From assembly GCA_023898525.1 (NCBI GenBank), contig CP060227.1, positions 365,634-429,633 of the forward strand: a stretch of DNA of 64,000 bases, in the 5' to 3' direction. The translations under genes and the position numbers were made by a program. Below the pieces are notes generated by a model. That model was not told where the DNA came from and did no database searches. It saw nothing but the letters and a program-made list of their open reading frames with translations. Source of the stretch: Candidatus Nomurabacteria bacterium. Its GTDB lineage: Bacteria > Patescibacteriota > Minisyncoccia > Phycocordibacterales > UBA918. Position 1 is the stretch's first letter. Each line of letters opens with the position of its first letter. Shown here piece by piece: positions 1-9,738 of the stretch.

Positions 1-676
1 GGTATGAAATTATCCCTGCATTTTCACCTGTATATTCAATTTTTACAGGATCAGAAAACATCTTTTTTATATCTTCATCACTGTAAGCGCTACCAGGTGA
101 CAACAAAAATACCCCGCCATTATCCATTCCCACATCCCGAGTTTCACTTTCATCGAAAAAGATCGGGTACTCTGTATTCCCTGATGAAAGTAGAGTTGAA
201 ACCTCTGGCGATAGATTTACTTCACGTGCTGTTTGCGCAACCAAAGAAGTTGATTCTATGTTTTGGTTAATCCAAATATTTTTATAATAAGAATTTATAT
301 CGGCATTCGAATAAATAACACCACCCACAAAAAAACCAAGCAACATAACAAAAGCAGAAATAAACAAAGACCTTTGCTCAGCTAACTTAACAGCTATATT
401 TACACCCGAAACTATAGACTGCACCTCCTGCTTTATATTTAATTCACGTCTTCTTTCGTGACTAAGGTGATGTTTCCTGATCGACTGCTCTAAATTTACA
501 GAATCAATGAAACGCTCAAGTGAAACTATATCAATAAACCAATGACGGCCAACTTGTGTTGCTACTATTTTTTTGTCACGCGCCAGTTTGGAAATATAAT
601 CACGCGAGTAAGAGACTTGCTTTGCCGCGAGCTTGAGAGAAAGCATTTTTATTCCGTCAATTTCAATTTGTACAGA
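1..676 (-). CDS. membrane-anchored HTH protein (excisionase/MerR-type HTH_17-like N-terminus + TM segment); 3' end lies beyond window start; paralog of 769..1572
   Basis: Manual minus-strand translation from ATG (rc of 674-676): MSVQIEIDGIKMLSLKLAAKQVSYSRDYISKLARDKKIVATQVGRHWFID..., followed by hydrophobic segment SLFISAFVMLLGFFVGGVIY; N-terminal 50 aa align with the 769..1572 product; absent from ORF track because the stop is outside the window. Confidence 0.55.
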
Positions 677-768
677 CATACGATTTACCTTTAATTATAA
701 AGCTAAATCGAGACAAAATCAGTTTTCAGCTGTTAATAACCAGTAACCAAAACGTCGGCTCAAAAGTG

Positions 769-1572
769 CTAAAGTTTGTATCCAAAATCCACGCCATTAG
801 GAGTATAAACCACCTCAACCTCTACCAAAGCAGTTGCAAGAAAAAGCAGTATAAAAACAGCAATCAGTAACCAAAGAGTGGTTGGTACAAAGAAATCTCT
901 TTCAGGTGTAGAAGCAATTGGTAATGAAGAAGGGGTGACGTTTAATGATACAGTATCAGTTTCAATGAATTTTTTGAGTTCTAAATTCACTTTATTAGTT
1001 TTTGAATTATTTAAATCATCTTCCTTAACAAGGTCATACTCAGTAAAATCGTCCTGTATTGAAGTAACAGATATCTCACCTTTTAAGGATATCTCGGGCA
1101 ATTCGCTACTAGTAAACTCTACTCCTTTAGAAGCTCCAGGAAGATTGAGCTTCTTACTTTCGGCTAAATTAACAGATAATTTTTTTGACTCACCTTGAAG
1201 CCTAGGCATGAGATCAGCATCATCAACTTCATACTGAATTGGCTTCCAAGTTATCTTCCTTTCAAAATTTTTATTCAAAATTCGATTCTTGGCCACGTTT
1301 TTAGTCAGTGCTGGCTGCACGTCTATCCGAGATTTTAAAGACATACCACTATTTATCAACGTTTTCTCGGATGTCGACTTCGATTCAACATAGCGATTCT
1401 TCTTATGCGCCGAGAGTGATATGGGGTTCACGTACCAATTCCTTCCAATCAACTGAGCATCAATCTTACGAGCACGACAAAGCTGACCTATGTAATCTGA
1501 AGTATATTTAAACTTCTTGGCCAAAAGAGATGCTCTATGATATTCAATCCCATCTATAGTAACTACGTCCAT
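769..1572 (-). CDS. membrane-anchored HTH protein (HTH_17/excisionase-like N-terminal DNA-binding domain, C-terminal TM anchor)
   Basis: N-terminus IDGIEYHRASLLAKKFKYTSDYIGQLCRARKIDAQLIGRNWYVN matches the excisionase/MerR-family HTH pattern ending G(R)xW; C-terminal hydrophobic stretch LWLLIAVFILLFLATALV. Confidence 0.5.
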   Translation of the reverse strand: MDVVTIDGIEYHRASLLAKKFKYTSDYIGQLCRARKIDAQLIGRNWYVNPISLSAHKKNRYVESKSTSEKTLINSGMSLKSRIDVQPALTKNVAKNRILNKNFERKITWKPIQYEVDDADLMPRLQGESKKLSVNLAESKKLNLPGASKGVEFTSSELPEISLKGEISVTSIQDDFTEYDLVKEDDLNNSKTNKVNLELKKFIETDTVSLNVTPSSLPIASTPERDFFVPTTLWLLIAVFILLFLATALVEVEVVYTPNGVDFGYKL

Positions 1573-1652
1573 ACTATGAATAGTATAACAGACGCTATAA
1601 GGAAAAACTCGGATAACGGAGCTGTGTGTTTATAAATCTATATCAGTAAAAT

Positions 1653-3071
1653 CTACTTAAGTTCTTGCCTTAACAAATCCAGTAGAAGACCCGGGTTAGC
1701 GGCTCCTTTAGTTTTCTTCATACCTTGACCAACCAAAAATTGTATAGAAGCTTCTTTTCCAGCTTTATAGTCAGCTACCACCTCTGGAAATTCAGCTATG
1801 ATTTCTCGAACAGTTGGCAACAAAGCTTCGGGGTTGAATGTCTGAAGTAAACCTCTTTCCTCAGCTATCTTCTCAGGGTCAAAATCGGTCTCTAGAAGCT
1901 CCCTTAATAAATGCTTGGCTACTCGAGAATTAATTGACCCTTTATTGAGGATAATCATGAGCTTAGCAAAATTAGGAACAGATAGACTAAGCTTTCTAGA
2001 TTCTTCCAAATCAATCATGGATAGTATATCAGAAGTAAGATAATTTGCTGATAGCTTTACAACATCATTGCTTAAATCATTAAAGGTCTCAAGAAGCTCA
2101 CAAAAAAAATCGTCTATAACACGTGTGCTGATTATAAGCTCAATCTGAGCGGCTGGAAGTCCGATATCACTATATTTTAAGCGCTTTTCGTTCGGTAAAA
2201 CAGGGAGTATCTCGGATAAACGAGACTCACTAAACAGATTGTACTCTGGTGTATTTATCTTAGTAAGGTCAGGGTCTGGGAAATACCGATAATCCTTAGC
2301 ACTTTCTTTTTTTCTTTGTGTGTAAGTACGTAATTTGACCTCATCCCAACCTCTGGTTTCTTGTTCTACCACCCCCCCTTCTTCAAGTAGTCTAATTTGC
2401 CGCTGAACCTCATACGCTATGGCACTTTCAACCGACTTAAAAGAATTTAAATTTTTTACTTCTACTTTAGTACCAAGTTTGTCGGTTTTACTGACAGAAA
2501 TATTTGCTTCGATACGCATCTCTCCTCTTTCCATTTGTGCGTCAGATATGTTGATGGTTTGGAGTAGTAGTTGTAGCTCTCTAGCAAACCTCCCGGCAGT
2601 ACCAGCATCATGTATGACTGGTTCTGTAACTAGTTCCATTAGTGGCACACCTGCCCGATTAAAATCTACAAGACTGACACCATCATGGTCATGCTGACTT
2701 CTTGCTGTATCTTCTTCAAGATGAACTCTTGTTAACTCTACATCAGCTAAAACTCCACCTGTTAAAAATGGAAAAGCATACTGACTGATTTGGTACGCCT
2801 TAGGGATGTCAGGGTAGAAATAATTTTTCCTATCAAACTCTGAGTAGGTGGCCGCACTAGAGTTGACTGCCTTTCCAAAGAGAAGCACCTTCGCAACAGC
2901 ATCTTCGTTTGGCGCAGGAAGTGTACCGGGATGACCTAAACAGATTGGGCAAGTATACAAATTAGGTTGACTATTGTGAGGATCGTTTTTACATCCACAA
3001 AACATCTTACTTTCTGTCTTTAACTCAGCATGGACTTCAAGTCCAATGGTAGCAGTATAATTTTTACTCAT
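1653..3071 (-). CDS. gatB: Asp/Glu-tRNA(Asn/Gln) amidotransferase subunit B
   Basis: 472 aa; N-terminus IGLEVHAEL...KMFCGC...CPICLGHPGTLP and the GatB-YqeY-like C-terminal domain are characteristic. Confidence 0.9.
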   Translation of the reverse strand: MSKNYTATIGLEVHAELKTESKMFCGCKNDPHNSQPNLYTCPICLGHPGTLPAPNEDAVAKVLLFGKAVNSSAATYSEFDRKNYFYPDIPKAYQISQYAFPFLTGGVLADVELTRVHLEEDTARSQHDHDGVSLVDFNRAGVPLMELVTEPVIHDAGTAGRFARELQLLLQTINISDAQMERGEMRIEANISVSKTDKLGTKVEVKNLNSFKSVESAIAYEVQRQIRLLEEGGVVEQETRGWDEVKLRTYTQRKKESAKDYRYFPDPDLTKINTPEYNLFSESRLSEILPVLPNEKRLKYSDIGLPAAQIELIISTRVIDDFFCELLETFNDLSNDVVKLSANYLTSDILSMIDLEESRKLSLSVPNFAKLMIILNKGSINSRVAKHLLRELLETDFDPEKIAEERGLLQTFNPEALLPTVREIIAEFPEVVADYKAGKEASIQFLVGQGMKKTKGAANPGLLLDLLRQELK

Positions 3072-3214
3072 GATTAATTATTTTGATGTTTAATTAAGTA
3101 ACTAAAGTTTGCGAATTACAGACCAGAACATGTCTTATAATTAGTACAACTTTACCACAATTCCTCATTATGGACACATGTTTACATTCACCACAGTCTC
3201 CTTTCGACCTTCTT

Positions 3215-4183
3215 TTAACTTTCAAGTAGATGCTTGCTTAGAGCCGTTTGCAGTTCTTTTATACCTACACCACTATTAACTGATATGGCAAGCACACGCT
3301 TCGCAATTTTGTCAATAGCGCCCATTAGTTCATCTAATTTAGCCTTATTTATAAGGTCTATTTTAGTAATAATAACCCACTCCTCCTTGTTCACTAGGCT
3401 AGTATCGTAGGCAAAAAGCTCGTCTCGAATCGCCTGATAGCTGCTCAAAACATCGTCTTCCTCAACGGAAATCAAATGGAGAAGCATCTTAGTATGCGTA
3501 ACATGCCTTAAAAAAGTATGTCCTAACCCCTTACCTGATGACGCTCCAGCTATGAGACCAGGGATGTCCGCCAGGACATATCCGTTGAGATCTCCAAGAT
3601 GAGGTTCTATTGTTGTAAAAGGATAAGAGCCTATCTTAGAATTAGCATTAGTGAGTGTGTTGAGTAAGGTAGATTTACCAGCGTTCGGCTTACCAATCAA
3701 ACCGACATCAACAACTAACGACAATGTGACGGTTACTGTTCCCTCCTCTCCCTTTTTTCCTAGAGTCGATTCTTCAGGTGCCTGGTTGATAGCTGATCTG
3801 AAGTGTCTATTCCCAAGACCCCCACGTCCACCCTTAAAAATAATTTCCGTCTGCCCTTCCGACATAAATTCATAAACTCGGCCCCGCGCCTCATCAGTCA
3901 CAATAGACCCCACCGGTATATCAACAACCAAATTCTCACCATTTTTTCCATGAAGATTTTTATTCATTCCATCACCACCTTTTTCTGCTTCAAATTTTTT
4001 TTCACCAGTGTATTTGGCTAAAAGATTTACATCACGAACAGCCCGCATAACTATGCTTCCTCCTCGTCCGCCATTACCACCAGCCGGACCGCCTTTAGGC
4101 TTAAACTTTTCTCTATTCCAACGCACCACTCCATCTCCACCATCTCCGGCTTTTGCGTAAATTGTAATCTGATCTACAAACAT
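3215..4183 (-). CDS. obg: GTPase Obg
   Basis: Gly-rich Obg-fold N-terminus (GGDGGDG...GGPAGGNGGRGG) followed by G-domain motifs GKPNAGKST, DIPG, TKID. Confidence 0.9.
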   Translation of the reverse strand: MFVDQITIYAKAGDGGDGVVRWNREKFKPKGGPAGGNGGRGGSIVMRAVRDVNLLAKYTGEKKFEAEKGGDGMNKNLHGKNGENLVVDIPVGSIVTDEARGRVYEFMSEGQTEIIFKGGRGGLGNRHFRSAINQAPEESTLGKKGEEGTVTVTLSLVVDVGLIGKPNAGKSTLLNTLTNANSKIGSYPFTTIEPHLGDLNGYVLADIPGLIAGASSGKGLGHTFLRHVTHTKMLLHLISVEEDDVLSSYQAIRDELFAYDTSLVNKEEWVIITKIDLINKAKLDELMGAIDKIAKRVLAISVNSGVGIKELQTALSKHLLES

Positions 4184-4409
4184 ATAGACTCACAGTAATA
4201 CCATAAACACACTCAATTGTACATGGTCTACTTAATCAATTGTTTGTTATTTATTAAATAGCCATAAGGAGACTATACAAAAAAATAAACTATACTCTTT
4301 TTAATAGTCGCTACTAATGCTTGAGTCAATGTTTTGGGTGTAAGTGAATTTTAGTACTCGGTTTATCAAATAATGAAAAACAGACCTGACGCAAAGTGGG
4401 ACCGCAAGA

Positions 4410-4442
4410 AAATAGGACCATGTTATGCTAGGTCCTATTTTG
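4410..4442. terminator. rho-independent terminator hairpin (AATAGGACC-loop-GGTCCTATT, flanked by A/T runs)
   Basis: 9-bp perfect inverted repeat immediately downstream of the 4507..4842 gene stop. Confidence 0.6.
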
Positions 4443-4506
4443 TGAAACATACAATATCCGAGTCTCTTTTAATCAGAATATCATTATTTATATAGACATA
4501 TCGTGA

Positions 4507-4842
4507 TTAGAGATACTTATTTCCTACCGCACTAACCACCGAGACAATAAGTGAACCAAGTAAAGCGTGTAAAAATGAGGCGACGGCAAAACCTTCTATG
4601 AAGGAGGCGGCAAACCAAAATAACGCTGCATTAATAATAATCATAAAGAGCCCTAATGTGATGACTGTAATAGGGAGAGTGAGGATAAATAGCACTGGTC
4701 TAACGAATAGATTCAACAAACCTATGGTTATAGCCGCTATAATAGCTGGATAGAAACCGTCAATCTCAATCCCTGGTATGTAAGCTGCTACAACAAGTAA
4801 GGTCAGAGCCGTAAGTAGTAATTTATTTATTAACCTTAGCAT
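4507..4842 (-). CDS. small 4-TM membrane protein, putative holin-4/PF04020-like family
   Basis: 111 aa, four hydrophobic segments; motifs NLFVRPVLFILTLPITVITLGLF resemble the PF04020 consensus; recalled from memory, not searched. Confidence 0.5.
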   Translation of the reverse strand: MLRLINKLLLTALTLLVVAAYIPGIEIDGFYPAIIAAITIGLLNLFVRPVLFILTLPITVITLGLFMIIINAALFWFAASFIEGFAVASFLHALLGSLIVSVVSAVGNKYL

Positions 4843-4848
4843 AAGTCT

Positions 4849-7380
4849 CTACTTATTTTTATCTACAATCGTCCAACTTTTATCTGCCAAGAGAGGCTCT
4901 GCTTTCTTGTACTTCATAGTTTGAATTTCTTTACCATTAGTGATAGTCACCATATCATTACGACCATACTGTGCGTCATTACGAGCTGGCTGCTTTGGGG
5001 TATTGTTTTTAGTAAAAGCGGTCTCACCAGCGCTCTTTTGAGCTGCTTCAGCCTGTTCTTTCATAACCGCCTCCTCTCTCTCAACGATTACCGGTTGCAG
5101 TTTAGGGATTATTTCTATCAGTCGATCAATAAGTGCTTGTTGCATTTCTTTGAACAAACGAACGCCTTCTTTACGATATTCAATTAACGGATCACGCTGA
5201 CCATAGGCCCGTAGGTTAACACTTGACCGGGTGTAGTTCATTACCTCCAAATGCTCGACCCAAAGCGTATCAATCATTTGCAGTGTTAACCGACGAAGTA
5301 AACCACGAAAAGCATCTTCACCAAGTTCAGCCTGCTTGTTTTCTATTAATTCGGGAACACCATCATACTCTCTAAGCTCAGACAATATTGAGTCAATCTC
5401 TGCTTGTTCCCCAAGTAATAATTTATAACGTCTAGCATAAACCACCATACGCTGCTGGTTTAAGACATCATCATAGGCTAGGACTTGTTTACGCGAATCA
5501 AAATGAAAGCCTTCAATGCGGGTCTGAGCATTTTCTAGAGTATTTGATAACATCTTCATTTCTATTGGTTGATCCTCAGGTATTCCAAACTTACCCATGA
5601 GTCCTTTGACCCGATCACCACCAAACACACGCATGAGAGTATCTTCCATAGACACATAAAATTGTGTCTCGCCAGGATCGCCCTGCCTTCCCGCTCGACC
5701 CCTTAGCTGATTATCTATTCTTCTTGCTTCATGACGTTCAGTTCCCAAGACAAACAGTCCTCCTAGCCCCTTAACAGCCTCTGCCATCTCTGTAGTAGCC
5801 TCTGGTCCACCAAGCTTAATATCCACTCCACGACCAGCCATATTGGTAGCCAAAGTAACCGCTTTAATCCGACCAGCCTCGGCTATGATTTCTCCCTCCC
5901 GTTCATGGTTTTTAGCGTTAAGCATTTGATGTTTTATCCCAGCCTCTGCCAAGGCAGCTGACAACCTTTCATTAGAGTCTATTGAAGCTGTACCAATCAA
6001 AATTGGTTGCCCTTTTTCGTGAACTTCTTTGACTTTATTTATAATCGCTTTGAATTTACCTAACTCATTTTGAAAAATTAAATCATTGTGATCAATACGC
6101 GCCACCGGTTTATTAGTCGGTACCGGAATAACCTCAAGATTATAAACAGTAAAGAATTCTTCTTGCGAGGTTAAGGCGGTACCGGTCATACCAGCTAATT
6201 TGCCATACATTCTAAAGTAATTTTGGTAAGTAATTGACGCAAAAGTTTTTGACTCCCTTTGAATCGGTACACCCTCTTTGGCTTCTACCGCTTGATGTAA
6301 GCCCTCTGACCAACGCCGACCCGGTTGCAATCTTCCTGTGAACTCATCGACGATAACTACCTCATTACCACGAACAACATATTCTTTATCCTTGGTGTAA
6401 ATGGCTTTAGCCCGAACCGCTGTCTCAAGATGATGTACATACTTTATTCCCTTTTCGGTATATATATTTTCAACCCCCAACATCTTTTCAGCCGCTTCAA
6501 TACCAGCATCAGTTAAAGTTGCGCTTTTTAATTTTTCATCAACCAGGTAGTGTTCTTCCGGCTTTAGATTACGGGCAATATTAGCAAATAAAGTGTAGAG
6601 ATTTTCTGAATCATTAGCCGGTGCGGAAATAATAAGCGGGGTTCTCGCTTCGTCAATAAGAATCGAGTCTATCTCATCTACGATAGCAAAGACATGTCCG
6701 CGTTGTCTTAAGTTTGTGGCTTCGTATTCAATATTGTCACGTAAAAAATCAAACCCGAATTCACTATTGGTCCCGTAAGTTATATCTGCCTCGTAAGCTT
6801 CTTTGCGAGTACATGGTCTAAGAAAATCATAGACCACTTTATAAGAACCAACCTCGTCTCGCTCCTCATCTTTGTCCTGATGATTTGGATCATAAATATA
6901 CGACGCATCGTGATTAATTACACCAACAGTTAGACCTAGAGCATCGTATATCTGCCCCATCCACACTGCATCACGACGAGAAAGATAATCATTAACAGTT
7001 ACCACATGCACCCCTTGGCCACTTAGCGCGTTTAAATAGGCTGGTAAGGTACCGACTAGGGTCTTACCTTCTCCTGTGCGCATTTCTGTGATCTTCCCAC
7101 GATGCAAAATAACACCACCAATCATCTGTACATCATAATGACGGATATTTAGTGTTCGTTTTGCAGCCTCCCTAGTCAAAGCAAAAGCGTCGATTAAAAT
7201 ATCATCCAAACTAGTACCTTCAGCAACTAACTTTTTTAGTTCCTCAGTTTTAGTTACTAAATCTGTGTCAGAAAGCACTTTATAGACACTTTCCTTTTCA
7301 TTTATAGCCTCAACAATGGGCTGAATTGACTTTAACTCCTTCTCATAAGTAGGGCCAAAAAATCTATCTAAAAACGACAT
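4849..7380 (-). CDS. secA: preprotein translocase ATPase SecA
   Basis: 843 aa; SecA DEAD-like motor motifs (MRTGEGKTL, DEVDSILIDEARTPLIIS, TNMAGRGVDI); C-terminal tail lacks the Zn-finger. Confidence 0.95.
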   Translation of the reverse strand: MSFLDRFFGPTYEKELKSIQPIVEAINEKESVYKVLSDTDLVTKTEELKKLVAEGTSLDDILIDAFALTREAAKRTLNIRHYDVQMIGGVILHRGKITEMRTGEGKTLVGTLPAYLNALSGQGVHVVTVNDYLSRRDAVWMGQIYDALGLTVGVINHDASYIYDPNHQDKDEERDEVGSYKVVYDFLRPCTRKEAYEADITYGTNSEFGFDFLRDNIEYEATNLRQRGHVFAIVDEIDSILIDEARTPLIISAPANDSENLYTLFANIARNLKPEEHYLVDEKLKSATLTDAGIEAAEKMLGVENIYTEKGIKYVHHLETAVRAKAIYTKDKEYVVRGNEVVIVDEFTGRLQPGRRWSEGLHQAVEAKEGVPIQRESKTFASITYQNYFRMYGKLAGMTGTALTSQEEFFTVYNLEVIPVPTNKPVARIDHNDLIFQNELGKFKAIINKVKEVHEKGQPILIGTASIDSNERLSAALAEAGIKHQMLNAKNHEREGEIIAEAGRIKAVTLATNMAGRGVDIKLGGPEATTEMAEAVKGLGGLFVLGTERHEARRIDNQLRGRAGRQGDPGETQFYVSMEDTLMRVFGGDRVKGLMGKFGIPEDQPIEMKMLSNTLENAQTRIEGFHFDSRKQVLAYDDVLNQQRMVVYARRYKLLLGEQAEIDSILSELREYDGVPELIENKQAELGEDAFRGLLRRLTLQMIDTLWVEHLEVMNYTRSSVNLRAYGQRDPLIEYRKEGVRLFKEMQQALIDRLIEIIPKLQPVIVEREEAVMKEQAEAAQKSAGETAFTKNNTPKQPARNDAQYGRNDMVTITNGKEIQTMKYKKAEPLLADKSWTIVDKNK

Positions 7381-7488
7381 AATAGAGCTTAGTATATACG
7401 CTATTAACTATAATTACAAAGATTCAGCCAGATACGCTTTTATGTAACTGTGCTAGAATAGTCCATTATATTTAACGATACACAAAAT

Positions 7489-8088
7489 ATGGAAAATGAA
7501 GATTTTTACCCCCTTTTTGACACCCTTACCATCGGTGATATTGTGCCTGAAGAAATAAATCTTGACGTATACCAAAACGAAGAATTCAAAGGGATGAGCT
7601 TTTCTGAGTTACGTGGTAAATGGGTGGTTTTAGTTTTTTACCCAAAAGACTTTACTTTTGTCTGCCCAACCGAGCTCGGTGAACTAGCTGACCTTTATGA
7701 AGAATTTAAGAAGCTAAATGCAGAAGTTATTTCTGTATCGACAGATACACCTGAAGTACACAAAGCTTGGCATGACACCTCAAACACTATTAAAAAGATA
7801 ACATACCCAATGGCAGCCGACCCTTCACATGTCATATCTGAAAGCTTTGGAGTACTGATTGAGGACCAAGGAGTTACTCATCGAGGTACTTTTATAATTT
7901 CACCTGAAGGTGAGATTAAAACAATCGAAATCAGCTGTGACGCGGTTGGTCGCTCAGCTAAAGAAACACTCAGAAAATTGAAGGCAGCGAAATTTGTAAA
8001 CGAGAATCCAGCCAAGGTTTGCCCGGCTAGCTGGAACGAAGGTGACGATACTTTAACTCCAGGAATTGATCTGGTTGGTAAAATATAA
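7489..8088 (+). CDS. peroxiredoxin (AhpC/TSA family, 2-Cys type)
   Basis: FTFVCPTEL peroxidatic-Cys motif and resolving Cys near C-terminus (VCPASW). Confidence 0.85.
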   Translation: MENEDFYPLFDTLTIGDIVPEEINLDVYQNEEFKGMSFSELRGKWVVLVFYPKDFTFVCPTELGELADLYEEFKKLNAEVISVSTDTPEVHKAWHDTSNTIKKITYPMAADPSHVISESFGVLIEDQGVTHRGTFIISPEGEIKTIEISCDAVGRSAKETLRKLKAAKFVNENPAKVCPASWNEGDDTLTPGIDLVGKI

Positions 8089-8125
8089 TAGTCACCTAGA
8101 TTATTATTTTTACAAAGTTAATTTT

Positions 8126-8149
8126 AAAACCATGCGTACGCATGGTTTT
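8126..8149. terminator. bidirectional rho-independent terminator (AAAACCATGCGTACGCATGGTTTT)
   Basis: perfect palindrome with A-run/T-run flanks between convergent ahpC-like (+) and histone-like (-) genes. Confidence 0.7.
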
Positions 8150-8252
8150 AAAATTAACTAATATGGTTTTTAGATATATAACAAATCGCCCTAACGGGCG
8201 ATTTGTTATGCAATAAACTTGATCGGCAAATGATAAGTACCATTTGCATCAA

Positions 8253-8474
8253 TTATTTTTTTGTAGTCTTTCTTTTTGTAGTCTTCTTAGCAGCTTTTTT
8301 GACAGTCTTTTTTACAGTCTTCTTAGCAGCCTTCTTCTTTGGAGCTGCTTTCTTTGTTGTTTTCTTTACTGCCTTTTTAGCTACCTTCTTCACTACCTTT
8401 TTCTTAGGAGCGGTTTTCTTGACCACCTTCTTTGCGGTCTTCCTCGCTACTGTCTTCTTTTTTGCTGTTGGCAT
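8253..8474 (-). CDS. histone H1-like lysine/alanine-rich DNA-binding protein
   Basis: 73 aa of AKK/VKK repeats (PTAKKKTVARKTAKKVVKKTAPKKK...); own terminator and promoter region; the plus-strand ORFs covering it are mirror artefacts. Confidence 0.65.
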   Translation of the reverse strand: MPTAKKKTVARKTAKKVVKKTAPKKKVVKKVAKKAVKKTTKKAAPKKKAAKKTVKKTVKKAAKKTTKRKTTKK

Positions 8475-8623
8475 ATTGTGATGAGAGTATTTTAGTGGAT
8501 AAAATTCGACCGCAAGACCTTCTCAATTTCAAAGAACAATCAGAAGAGAAAGTTTTTGCTTACTACTATTATCACGTGTAAAAAAAATTTATACAATCAC
8601 TTTTGTAAAAAAAATTTGTGGAT

Positions 8624-8672
8624 AAAAAAATGCACAAAAAAATTTTTAAAAAATTTTTTTGTGCATTTTTTT
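8624..8672. terminator. long A/T-rich perfect inverted repeat (A7-TGCAC-A7...T7-GTGCA-T7), probable murB terminator
   Basis: AAAAAAATGCACAAAAAAA / TTTTTTTGTGCATTTTTTT arms lie 25 bp downstream of the murB stop. Confidence 0.5.
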
Positions 8673-8697
8673 CTTACACTACCATTAGCAATCGACT

Positions 8698-9738
8698 TCA
8701 CTCAATAATATTTACTTCAGGTATAATCGTAACTCCGGTTTTATTATAAACTTTTTTGATTATATCTTCCGAAAAACTTTTTATCTCAGCAGCATTCTGT
8801 GAACCTAAATTAATTAAAACCAAAGCCTGTTTATCAAACAGCGCCACATCACCTTTACGATAACCCTTTAAATTACAAATCTTGTCGAGAATATAACCTA
8901 ACGATATTTTGACCTTACTATCGCTTGTTTTATAAATTGGTAGATTAGGATATTTATTAAGCAATACCTCACTGTCTTCAGTTGAAATAATTGGGTTTTT
9001 AAAGAAAGATCCAGCTGTACCTGTCTCGTGCCAATCTGGAAACTTATTGGAACGAATCTCAACAACTACCTTCCTTATCGCTGACTGCGTTATTTCACGA
9101 TCTGAAAAATAATTTACTAAATCTGCATAACTAATTTTCGGTACTGGTTTTTTTTGTAGATTAAAATGAACAGCCACAATTATATGATTTCTTCCTTCAC
9201 TTGTTTTAAAAAATGAATCTCGATACCCAAACCGACACTCATCTCTAGTAAACTTACGCCAAACACCAGAGGTAACATCGTACGTCTCCACAAAAGTAAT
9301 CAGGTCTGAAACTTCAACACCGTAAGCACCGACATTTTGGACCGGGACAGCTCCGACTGTACCCGGAATAGCTGATAGATTCTCCAGTCCCCAGAAACCG
9401 CGATCAACAGTGTCTGCAATTACCTCATCCAGTATTTCTCCCGCTTGGCAGACAAGCGTAACCTGATCATTATCGTCTTCTGTATATTGTCTGCCTTTTA
9501 TTTGATTATGAAACACAATTCCGTGGTAACCATTATCACTAAACAGTATGTTTGAACCACTACCAAGTACGAGAAATGGCAGGGCGGTTTGCTTCGCAAA
9601 CCGCCCTGCCATTTCAACCTCATCCTTGCTATTAAGTACAACAAAGTAGCGTGCCTCACCACCAACTTTCAGCGTAGTATAGTTGCACATTAATACACTC
9701 TCCTTAACCTCAACTTCCATATAAACTTTTATTGACAA
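8698..9738 (-). CDS. murB: UDP-N-acetylenolpyruvoylglucosamine reductase
   Basis: FAD-binding N-terminus (TLKVGGEARYF...LVLGSGSNILFSD) and MurB C-terminal domain; the true start is probably the internal Met (MCNYTTLKVGG). Confidence 0.85.
   Translation of the reverse strand: MSIKVYMEVEVKESVLMCNYTTLKVGGEARYFVVLNSKDEVEMAGRFAKQTALPFLVLGSGSNILFSDNGYHGIVFHNQIKGRQYTEDDNDQVTLVCQAGEILDEVIADTVDRGFWGLENLSAIPGTVGAVPVQNVGAYGVEVSDLITFVETYDVTSGVWRKFTRDECRFGYRDSFFKTSEGRNHIIVAVHFNLQKKPVPKISYADLVNYFSDREITQSAIRKVVVEIRSNKFPDWHETGTAGSFFKNPIISTEDSEVLLNKYPNLPIYKTSDSKVKISLGYILDKICNLKGYRKGDVALFDKQALVLINLGSQNAAEIKSFSEDIIKKVYNKTGVTIIPEVNIIE

Noticed and set aside
4-270. 88-aa plus-strand ORF at the window start
   Set aside because: Lies antisense within the better-supported minus-strand HTH-TM paralog (1..676); His-rich low-complexity translation and no start context
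2419-2697. Assorted 60-120-aa antisense ORFs inside gatB, obg, secA, murD, GT genes (e.g. 2419..2697, 3651..3875, 41805..42143, 42833..43186)
   Set aside because: All lie within and opposite to well-supported conserved genes, with low-complexity translations
8203-8495. Two overlapping plus-strand ORFs (92 and 83 aa) rich in Phe/Leu
   Set aside because: Mirror-strand artefacts of the AAG/AAA-repeat histone-like gene on the minus strand; poly-F/L translation is the complement of poly-K
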